A stretch of DNA of 63,837 nt, filler included, from Lenisia limosa (Eukaryota; Protista; Breviatea): the NCBI GenBank assembly GCA_001655205.1. It is 7 parts of 7 records of this genome, joined end to end, with 100 filler letters (N's around TTAATTAATTAA, not from the genome) between each part and the next. Parts side by side here need not be neighbours in the genome. Positions count along the whole stretch, not along the records: positions 1 to 26,314 come from LPNZ01002062.1; positions 26,415 to 32,715 come from LPNZ01000303.1; positions 32,816 to 42,130 come from LPNZ01011352.1; 4 more parts are not named here. One strand, 5' to 3'. Both the position numbers and the translations under genes were made by a program. The notes below the pieces were generated by a model. It did not search any database. It saw only the letters and a list, made by a program, of their open reading frames with translations, and had not been told where the DNA came from. Each line of letters starts with the position of its first letter. The stretch's first letter is position 1. Below, piece after piece: positions 23,767 through 33,049 of this stretch.

Positions 23767-24899
23767 TCAAGGGAAAGAAGGTGTTAGGTTATTTATTGTA
23801 AAATATTGATGTCAGAATGAATTGTACAAATAACAGTGTGAGAGAAACAAGGACCATATTATACGATAGATATTGAGTGGCTGCATTGGATTGGCATCAG
23901 ATAAACGTCCAATGTTGAAGACAAACCACCAGTAACTAAAACCTAAAGATAATCAAATTTTAAATATTAGAAGAGAATGGCAAAATGACAAAATTGAGAG
24001 GCAAATCAAACAAAAACACAAAATGATGTGCAAAAAACAAAAACAAATAGAAATTGAAGAGGTGAAATCCTCAGCAACGTTGCTATTTGGACCGTAACGC
24101 ATCATTGAAATTGTATTGCTACACTGGTTTAAAAATCACCACTTTTATTAACAAAGTCTTTTAAAGAAGAAGAGTTTCTTGGATATATTACACATAGATA
24201 TGATATAAAAATACTATCGTTTTATCTCCTGCTCTACGTAGGTTATCTAAATCTCAAAGGGGACGACTGAATGCATTTCTTTCACGACACTACAATCACT
24301 TTGACATGGTGCGAGTATTCTGTTATATAGCAAAATATACTGTATCACAAGAAAATCTGGTTCTTCAAAAACCTTCCAAATTTGTTGTGGAACTGGTATC
24401 ATCCTTTTTGAAATCTGTGCATATGAAATTGAAAAAAAGAGCGGAAAAACAAATCCTTATTACTATATGACAACAAACGTAAATGAAAAAAAAGGTGTCA
24501 GTTAAGGTAGTTGGCGCAGGTTTTTGCGTGACGGCACGGGGCCCCTCCCCTTATGTTCTAGTATGACAGGTTTAATCGTGTGTAAAATCTCCTTTGAACA
24601 TGGGTTTGGAAGGCTTCTGTTATTTTCTCATTTCTACGGATTCTATATTTTATGATATCCTTGTACATCACTAACATTACAATAGTACTTAAGCAGCAAG
24701 CATCTCATTATTCGGATATCAAATCGGCCAAAGACTCCCTTCAGGAGGCCCCTTTCTCCACTGGTCCAAGGTTTCCCATCTGGATTAGGGATCTGGGATG
24801 CTCGTAAAGCTGTTTTGTGTTTAACGAGCATCCCTTTCTGCCCTGTGAAATCTCTGATACCCTCGTAACTTTTCATTTGTGTCCCGAGAGTTGTGTTTA

Positions 24900-26290
24900 T
24901 TATGAATTTTGCGTAAATCGAATTCTGAGTGTCATATTGGCCCGGGTACAAGACAACGGGCCCAGCAAAAATGGGAGTAGCAATTTCAAAACACCACAAA
25001 AGAACATAACTATAATGCAAAAATCATAAAGTGAAAAATTTGGAAGGAAAAAACAAAAAAAAACTGCATAATCATAACGGGATATATCACCTCGTACATT
25101 TGTACTGCTTTTGCAGAGGGCAAAAAGCGAGCTGCTTGGTCCAGAAATTTTCTTTTCAATTTGAAGCGAGGATGTATCCCAGAAATGAAGATGGTTATCC
25201 CGTCCAGCAGACACAAGCTGCCAAATAAGAAAATAAATGAAATTGCCACCAACCTGATCGTTTGAAAACAGGACAAATGCATGCGTTGATACCGTTTTTG
25301 CAGAAGTGGAGACTCCCGTTTTAAGATTATAAAAAATGATGGACCCTGAGTGACCTCCAATTGCCAAAAGCTGCTCAATTAATACTAATATCATGATGTG
25401 CAAACCTGCTTTGAAGGAATGTACTGAAGTGCACAGACACTTTCTGAGCTCTACAGAACGTAATGAATCATGAGAGGAAATAGAGAAAAAAAAACATCCA
25501 TTCCGATTAATACGCCTCCCTCTTTGGCAAATACCCACACGCAATATTCTTTCACGGAAATTTCCCAAGCAAACTGAGTATTTAATATCCTTGATTGGTA
25601 TTCTTTTCTCAAGATCTAAAAAAATTAGAACATGAGACTTCAGTCAAAACCTACCCCAAATCTTGACAGCGCCTCCATCACTTCCTGTCGCAAGCAAGCT
25701 ATCATTGATCATCACACAGCAGTGGAGATAATCTTGGTGTCCTTCAGGAGTCAAAAACAAAACAAAAGAGGAGATAAACCTTTTAATGTGAAGAGTTTCT
25801 GTCCTGATGGGTAGTCAACGACATGAGCACAGCTATCTCCACAGGCCAGAACAGCATTGGATGTCTGTAGTTATCAGAAAAAAAACCAGTAAAGTATCAA
25901 TAGTTATCGAGAGTTTATGAGACAGAAAACAACTTTTTGAGACAATCCCTTATTGCAGCCCCACCTCAGGGATAAAGCAGACGGAGTTGACTTCGACACC
26001 TTCTCCAGGGCAATAAGTGATATGTGGCGATGGTTGGAACTCTTCTTCATTCGAATTCAGCATTGCAACAATCTCCCCCCAGTTCCACACTTTCAGACCA
26101 TCATCACCGAAACTATAATGTCAAAAGAAAAGCAGTTTGAACATCTCCCCTCCCGAAAAATACACTTTGAAAACGATTACACAGTACTACACAATATGAG
26201 GATATGGAGAGGGTCTAAAAAAAAAAAAAAACTCTTTACGATACAACCAGCTTCTCTTTTACCCGATGGGATGCGGTGCTGCAGAAGTGA
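24900..26290 (-). CDS. THOC6: THO complex subunit 6 (WD40), 5' end truncated by the contig edge
   Basis: GDDGLKVWNWGEI (human GDGEVKAWLWAEM); VEVNSVCFIPE..NAVLACGDSCAHVVD..LKGHQDYLHC..LATGSDDGGAVKIW (human PEINAL..LILAGGDCQLHTMD..LRGHTDYIHC..LSGGEDGAVRLW); LVSAGRDNHLHFWD..ISGPSSSLFAL. Confidence 0.82.
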
Positions 26291-26358
26291 CTAGCCTGGG
26301 CTTTGTTTGTTCTGNNNNNNNNNNNNNNNNNNNNNNNNNNNNNNNNNNNNNNNNNNNN

Positions 26359-26370
26359 TTAATTAATTAA
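26359..26370. other. Artificial contig spacer TTAATTAATTAA (six-frame stop) between 44-N blocks; also at 32760-32771, 42175-42186, 52479-52490, 54741-54752 and 59389-59400
   Basis: Identical 12-mer, each time flanked by exactly 44 N on both sides (100 bp in total). Confidence 0.97.
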
Positions 26371-26549
26371 NNNNNNNNNNNNNNNNNNNNNNNNNNNNNN
26401 NNNNNNNNNNNNNNGGCTACCTCCCAACTACCCCTCTTACAATTTGCAGTAGTTAAAATTAGTGTTCATGATTCGGTGGGAGTACGCAGAAGGCATCCGG
26501 AGTAGCATTCGACATCAAGGGAGTAGGCGTTCTTCTCAACACATGATGA

Positions 26550-27370
26550 TTCAACTAGTTTCCTCAAGTAGTTAGTTAACCGATTTATCTAAGTGTGTTC
26601 TTGAAGTCCTTTAGTTTCTGTCGTTTTCTGTTGGATTCTTTTGTGTAGTCAACCGCTGGATCTCTATGATCCTAGTTTCAATAGAGACTTTACTGCAAAA
26701 AAAAAAACAATTGTTTTTTTTAGTGTGTTTGTGAAGTTCTCCTGTTGCTGTCGTTTTCTGCGGGTGTTTCTTTGTGTACAGTCAACCGACGGATCTCTAT
26801 GATTCTAGTTTCAACAGAGACTTTACTGCAAAAAAAAAGTTCATGACAGGGCGTAGTGGCCCAGTGGTCCTAGTGACCACTTGGGTATCGTATCCCGATG
26901 AAGAGGACTACAGCGCTCCACACTTTGAAACTGCAAAGTCTTTGTATCATCTCCAAGATAAAGAGACCAAGACCCCTCAAGACGCTTTAAATCTAATATA
27001 ATGTTTATTTGTTTTCCTTCGTCTCGAATCAATGCATATTTTTTCAAAAAAAATATATATGTTATATGATATATATTATACATGTAGTATATATATCATA
27101 TAGTATATAAAAAAAATAGCAAATCTGTCATTTTCTTTGTACATTCAACCGCCGGATCTTTATGATCCTAGTTTCAAGACACTAATGCAAAAATGGCAAA
27201 TAATAATGATATCGTTGGGCTCCGTTGAGACTCTTGAATTTTGTCAGTTCTCGGTGGTCTAGTTGTTTCCTCAAGTAGCTACCTCCATCTAAGTGAATTC
27301 CCCCTGTCTCTTTATTAAAATAACCGCTGGATACTTATAATTCTGATTTTCATGGAGACTTTACTGCAAA
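26550..27370 (+). repeat. Cluster of four degenerate copies of a ~50-nt hairpin plus A-tail element, with shared upstream sequence
   Basis: Cores at 26650-26707, 26783-26838, 27146-27193 and 27322-27370; consensus CAACCGYYGGATCTCTATGATCCTAGTTTCAATAGAGACTTTACTGCAAA(A)n. Upstream CTGTC(G/A)TTTTCT is shared by three copies; TTTCCTCAAGTAG...ATCTAAGTG is shared by copies 1 and 4. Confidence 0.85.
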
Positions 27371-27492
27371 TACAGACTTCGTATTCATAATTTAGACGCC
27401 AACAGCTTCAGTGGCACCAACGTGAGCGGAAAACGTGCAAGCATGGCTGCGGTTTAGTGTTTATGTGATAGCCTGATGAGTGACATTGTAGA

Positions 27493-30400
27493 ATGACAAC
27501 AAACGCAATCGAACTTCAAATCGTCGAAAATACTATTGAGGAGTATGTCATAATGGGTGATATCATAGTTAATGACCTTTTAGGACCCCCATCTCAGACT
27601 GCACTTGGAAGAAAAGTGTTTCGATTCAACCCATGTTGTCCAGAGACGAACCGAGCAGCTTTGGTACTTCCAACACCTTGGCTGTTTGGGGGATAAAAGG
27701 CACATGAAAGAAAATGGCATTGTTTCCGATAATAATTCAGAAATCAACATGGAGCCTTGTTGCTATTTCGGCCAATTGTTACCTGTTCATTCTCACCCTT
27801 ATGCATCCCCATCTGACTCTATCATCCATTGGAATGTTCAAAGTCAGTGTGGATTTTCGAAATGAAAATGATGGTCATTTTGCCATTTCCAAATCATTTA
27901 TCATATCAAAATTTCTGTGAAGTCATACCATTTACTTTGTTGTCTTTGGTTGACAGAAATTGTAATAATTTGAGATAGTGTAGCTTTGAACAACTCTGAC
28001 AATTCAGTGCATTGAGAGAGGTGATGGAGAAATGGTTCTTGCTGATGACATCAACACGCTTTGCTATGATGACCAATGGAACCGTTCAATTGGTGTCGCG
28101 GTCTTGGCTGGTGTTGGAGGGACTTGGACTTCTCCAAACAGATTTCCTTATTTTTTTAGATTGTTTACGGTCTTGGCATTCCGATTCTCATTGCATTGAG
28201 CCTTTTCTTCAATAGGTTGGTTCATGAAGTTATGACTATGACCAATGAAGGAACAACTTATCAAGACCGTTCACAAGGTCAATTCTCGGCTCACTCTACA
28301 TTCGCTACCTGCGATCCCGCTACCTTTGGGAGCTCATGATTATTGTGCGTGGAGTAAAAGGATTCAGAATTATAAGCGTTAATTTCAAATAATAAATAGT
28401 GTACAGCGGGCTTATCCGGCTGACAACATATAATGATTGGAAATAGCATTTTAGAATTTTACTATCCCCTTCCTTCACCTTCTAGTTAAGAAAAACGTTG
28501 GTTACTTTCACATTTCTGTACATGACCGAGAATCCTCTTAATCAGCTTCTTGGTGGCATGACCATTCTGATGGTAGCGTTCTTTGCGCACTCTCATGCCC
28601 ATCCGCATAGCACACAGTTGGCAGTTCATTTTTAGTGTAATTCACCACGCTTGGCTATTCCCCTTTTTGCCTAATGTAGCCTTTTCTTATTTCCCAGACT
28701 CATGTTCCTCCTTGAAAGTCTTGGCATTGGTGCAGCCTATCTGCTATTATTGTGCGGGTCATTTTTCATATCAGACGTTCCGCATGATTTAATGTACGAA
28801 ATACTTTCGGTGAGTATGGTAGCGCTGTCTTTAACATATTTCGTTCTCTTTTTGAATTGTACAGTAGTTTTTGATAGTCAATTTAAGAACAACAGATACG
28901 CTCTATCATTTATGGCTTTTGTAGCATTCAAAATAGCTCAACGGTGACATTTAGAGCATTTGATTAGTAACACCTGACCTTCAACTTGATTGCTGAACTA
29001 ATTGTGTATTTACTTAGTAACACTTGATCTTCAACTTGATTGTGTATTTGATTAACACCTGATTTTCAACTTGATTGCTGAACTAATTGTGTATTTGATG
29101 AGTAACACCTGATCTTCAACTTGATTGCTGAACAAATTGTGGATTTGATTAGTAACACTTGATCTTCAACTTGATTGCTGGACTAATTGTGTATTTGTTA
29201 ACTTTTTAGTATTTTGCAGTGGGGATTTTGGCAGTGACTACAGCCATTTTTGCTGTAGTTCTTGTGAAACAACTAATCCAATTTTCCATGATGGTGCACC
29301 TGCTTTCCAAAGAACCAACTATCGGTTGGTCCTTGTCTCCTTTGTGGATAATGATTGCGATTAATGAGGGAATGGGACCAAATGAAAGCTGTGTGTTGTG
29401 GTTATCACTGATTTTGATAAGAATCTAGTTTGAAATAACCTATCTCTTTTTCTTTGGTTGACTGTGAAGGATCATCCCTGGGTACCCTACTCAGAGCAGA
29501 CTATGGAAGGGAGTACCTTAACCAAAAGGACAAAAGACGTCTTGACCAAATTGACGCTCGAGTTGATGGAAAACTTGCTGTTGCTTTTGCCAATGGGTGA
29601 GGGTGGTGGACTAATATATTCAATGTTTACTATCTTTGTCATAACTCATTTCTGTCGGATGTTTCCCATTTCTGCTGATACTTCTGATCTATTGTCTGTC
29701 CATTTCAGTCAAATAATTACCTTTGACAGAATCTTGTTAACTCTAAGAGCAAATGTTGTTTGTTGTGTAGTGAACCCTCAGCAATAGTTGATGTTAATAA
29801 TACTCTAGTGTGAGTTCAGTCAATGCGAAAGCAAACACAATGAGAATCTTCCAGTCTACAGCCCCTGAAGGTTTGCATTCAATTAATTCTCAACCGTAAC
29901 TCTGTAGGAATGGTGTCAATTGTAATGATTTCGATTCAGCAGAACATTCGGCAAGAACTGTACGGGGGCACAAGATCAATCTTTACTCTATTTCTCATTC
30001 TTATGCACACTATTATATGGCTTCATATTAAAGAATTACTTATGGCTTTCCTTATTTGCTCCACATTATATGGCTTCATATTAAAGAATTACTAATGGCT
30101 TTTCTATTTGCTCCACCTGATAATTCTCAAACTGCTTCCTTTTTATGGCTCACATATCAGCAAGAAATACCTTTCCCGTGAAGACTATGAAGAAGTAGCT
30201 GAGATTTTTGCTGATGGCATCCGAACCCTTTTGACCCATATTGAGTTGGTAATTCCATCGAAATTATACTGGCGAAGAGTGTCTTTTTACAGTAATCTTC
30301 TTTTCTCTGTTTATAGATTATTGAGAATATATTTATAACATGGCATCACACTTTAGGGGCTATGAAAGCATTGGCGAGCAGTTTTCGTTTATGATCGCAT

Positions 30401-30820
30401 TCTCGTCTCCTACGCAAGCGATATATTTCGCAGCATCAATACAGGTTTGAGAAACATTGATGTATACAGAAGTGAGTTTATGACATTCAGGCTCTCTATG
30501 TTGAAGCGCCTTGGCCATCAGCCCTGTTTTCGTTACCATGGTGAGTGGATCTGCAATTATTGCGACATTACAAACTAATTGAGATTCAACTTGTTCTCGA
30601 CACTCAATTGACTGTTGTTCAGTGCTGAAGAAATGCATCAAATCCGTAACCCTGACGAGCTACTCTGGCGAGGCCTCAGGTCTGTCCAACTGTTCACCAG
30701 TTGTTTTCTATTGTCTTATTTAATCAATTTAGAGCATCAATTGTGGTACACTCAGCAGAGTTTGACGTTATTCAGTCTTATGTGGCTGGAGAGAGAACTA
30801 CATACACTGGTGGGTGGGGC
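27493..30820 (+). CDS. Multi-pass membrane protein with a C-terminal degenerate class III adenylate/guanylate cyclase-like domain
   Basis: TM region typical of large protist membrane proteins (ILTLMHPHLTLSSIGMF; DGEMVLADDINTLCYDDQWNRS; IVYGLGIPILI; RSRYLWELMIIVRK; NQLLGGMTILMVAFFAH). Then GMVSIVMISIQQN, EEVAEIFADGIRTLLTHIEGYESIGEQFSFMIAFSSPTQAIYFAASIQ, ALYVEAPWPSAL, LLWRGLR and ASIVVHS, colinear with class III cyclases. Both ends approximate. Confidence 0.68.
28960..29200 (+). repeat. Intronic minisatellite, 50-bp unit, about 5 copies
   Basis: Unit TTGATTAGTAACACCTGATCTTCAACTTGATTGCTGAACTAATTGTGTAT. GTAACAC recurs at 28967, 29017, 29102 and 29152; one copy has an internal deletion. Confidence 0.93.
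30012..30116 (+). repeat. 53-bp tandem duplication (2 copies), probably intronic
   Basis: ATTATATGGCTTCATATTAAAGAATTACT(T/A)ATGGCTTT...TATTTGCTCCAC starts at 30012 and 30065. Confidence 0.9.
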
Positions 30821-31830
30821 TCCATTGAAGCATAGTAGCAGTTGCTCATCCAAAAGTGTGGTTGTTCATCCACTAATATTGTCGATTTTGACCGTTTTCA
30901 CTTCATATAATACATGTATGGTGACTTTTCCACAATAAAAAACACACTAATTGCGGTCGGTGTGGAAGACACTTAGAAATTGAATATTAGTAAGAAACCA
31001 AGTTAGAAATAGAAAATACAATACAGGAACAAACAATCTACAAGGTAGTTACTAAAATTACAAGGTACACAGAATGGATCATTAAATGGCGCGTAAGCTG
31101 CTTGAACCTGTTTGAAAAGGGCTCTGACATCATGGGCGGCCCTATTCCAACTCAGAGATCATTGGAGTGTCATTGAAACAATATTTTTTGGAGAAGGGAA
31201 GCTCCTGCCGTGTAAACTGCCAGATTTCATTTGAGAGTTCATTGAAGTAGATTGTTTTCCCCCTTCTAAACGGCCAAATCACCGTCTTGAAGCTTTTTAA
31301 TTGGAAAAAAGTTACTGCAACAATCGCCCAAATTCAATTTCTGTTCATTGAAGCAATTTTTCTATCTTTATCTTGGGGCAGCTTTCATGAAATAAATATA
31401 TTTATAGATGACCAACCATTTTTTGTGGATGAGCAACTATTGCCATGAAGCATCCATTCTCATTCGGCTGTCCAATAACCCTTTGTTTCTAACTCTCCAG
31501 GGGAGCATGCAGTCCTGATGGTTCACTTGTCATTGCATACACAACCAGGACGAACTCTAGTACGCTGAGGGGGCTGCTGTTCATCCACTAATATTGTTGA
31601 TTTCAACACTTTTGGATGAACCTAGGGTTTTATAAATAGAAACAAGTTTATCCCCCTTTGATGTGAACGTTGTAGTTAACGGACCAATCTGTGGTCGAAG
31701 CGCAGAAGGAAAAGTGCAATATCCCTGGTGTTATTGTTTCTCAGGTTTGAGGTGGAAAGAAAAGAGATGAAAATAAAAAAGACAAATGAAAAAAACACAC
31801 ACTGGTAATCGATGCTGACGTAAAAAAAAT

Positions 31831-31942
31831 TGCCCAGAGTGGGGCTCGAACCCACGGCTTTTCGCTGGCTTATCAGAATCCATTGAAGGATTTTTTTCTC
31901 AAGAATATGAGACGAACACTCTACCGACTGAGTTATCCAGGC
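31831..31942 (-). tRNA. tRNA-Met: tRNA-Met(CAT), elongator type, with a 39-nt intron at the canonical 37/38 position (31867-31905)
   Basis: GCCTGGATAACTCAGTCGGTAGAGTGTTCGTCTCATA[intron]AGCGAAAAGCCGTGGGTTCGAGCCCCACTCTGGGCA. The cloverleaf folds, C32 can pair with the intron's antepenultimate G, and a T-run terminator follows directly. Confidence 0.93.
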
Positions 31943-31999
31943 GTTAAAAATTAGTTCACCAATTATCTTCAGGATCAAAGTTTTTTTTTCAAAACAAAC

Positions 32000-32715
32000 C
32001 GCCGACCTGCCACTGAATGTTGTTACAATAAATACATTTTTGTCCTTTCAAAAAACGACCTGCCACATTTTTTGTCCTTTCAAAACCGACCTACCAAAAC
32101 CATTTCCCTGTTGCCCTGTTCTCATCGACTGTCTTCGTCTTCGTCGTCGCCGCCGCCGTAACTATCTTGTCTTGTCGTTTTCGTCCTCGCTCGCTCTCAG
32201 TTACCCTTGCCGTTTGCCCCTTGCCTTTCGTCCTTGCCGTTCGTCTGCCTCTGCCTCCGCCGCAACATGTCTGCCTCCCACCACTGCCTGCCTTGGGTTC
32301 ACCAATGTGCCATTTTATCCTGACAAGATGTTTCACTGGGCTAGTCTGGTCTTGGTGAGCGCTGTCGTCTTCCTGGCCTGCCACATCATTACCTCCGCTT
32401 GGGTTTGATTGCTTTGCCTTGGCCGCCGGGGATTCGATGAGTGTAAGTCGATAGCATTTTGTTGGGAAGTTTTGGTCCCCGTTGGTATGTTGGGCCGCTG
32501 CCACCTCAGATTAGTTTTTCTTGTTTTCCCTGTTTCTTTTCTTCTTGTTTACTGGTATTGTATTTTTGTTTGTACTATGTGTTTATTTTCATCTTTCAAT
32601 ATATTTTATTTTCATCTTTTCAAAAGCCGATTCGTTTGTTCTTTCAAAAGCCGATTCGTTTACTTTTTCGATAAATACATTTCTTGTCCTTTCAAAATGC
32701 CGATTTTTAGGCTTT
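32000..32715. repeat. GC-richer segment bounded by short direct repeats, immediately upstream of the tRNA gene
   Basis: ATAAATACATTT(T/C)TTGTCCTTTCAAAA at about 32027 and 32670, with further internal copies of TTTCAAAA(G)CCGA and GACCTGCCAC. Identity unknown. Confidence 0.5.
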
Positions 32716-32815
32716 NNNNNNNNNNNNNNNNNNNNNNNNNNNNNNNNNNNNNNNNNNNNTTAATTAATTAANNNNNNNNNNNNNNNNNNNNNNNNNNNNN
32801 NNNNNNNNNNNNNNN

Positions 32816-32841
32816 TTTTTTGATACCGTAGGGAATCCCTA
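32816..32841. mobile_element. MITE right end (partial, at contig start)
   Basis: TTTTTTGATACCGTAGGGAATCCC followed by TA matches the family right TIR TTTTTCGGACCGTAGGGAAGCCC|TA. Confidence 0.65.
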
Positions 32842-33049
32842 GTAACAAAGGAAATTTAGCAATAAAAAAAAAAAAGGGAGGGGGTATTCCATTACTAGTA
32901 TGACTTCGTGCAATTTATTAATTCTTTGAAAAATTCATTTCAAAATTTGAAGTACAAGAACGTAGTTTCACACTCTTTAATTTCAAATTTCTCAAAAAAC
33001 TTAATTACACTGATTCCTAATCATGAGGCATAATAAAAGGTGCAATATT

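Noticed and set aside
26315-26414. TTAATTAATTAA palindrome recurring six times, as a biological repeat or recombination site
   Set aside because: Always flanked by exactly 44 N per side; it is an assembly spacer with stops in all six frames.
26849-26885. Resemblance of GGGCGTAGTGGCCC... to the SRP RNA Alu domain or a vault RNA
   Set aside because: The predicted pairing differs from the Alu fold, there is no S domain or proper B box plus T-run, and it is on a different contig from MVP. Kept only as a generic structured-RNA candidate.
28960-29200. CRISPR-like array
   Set aside because: The units are contiguous with no unique spacers, there are no cas genes, and the context is a eukaryotic intron.
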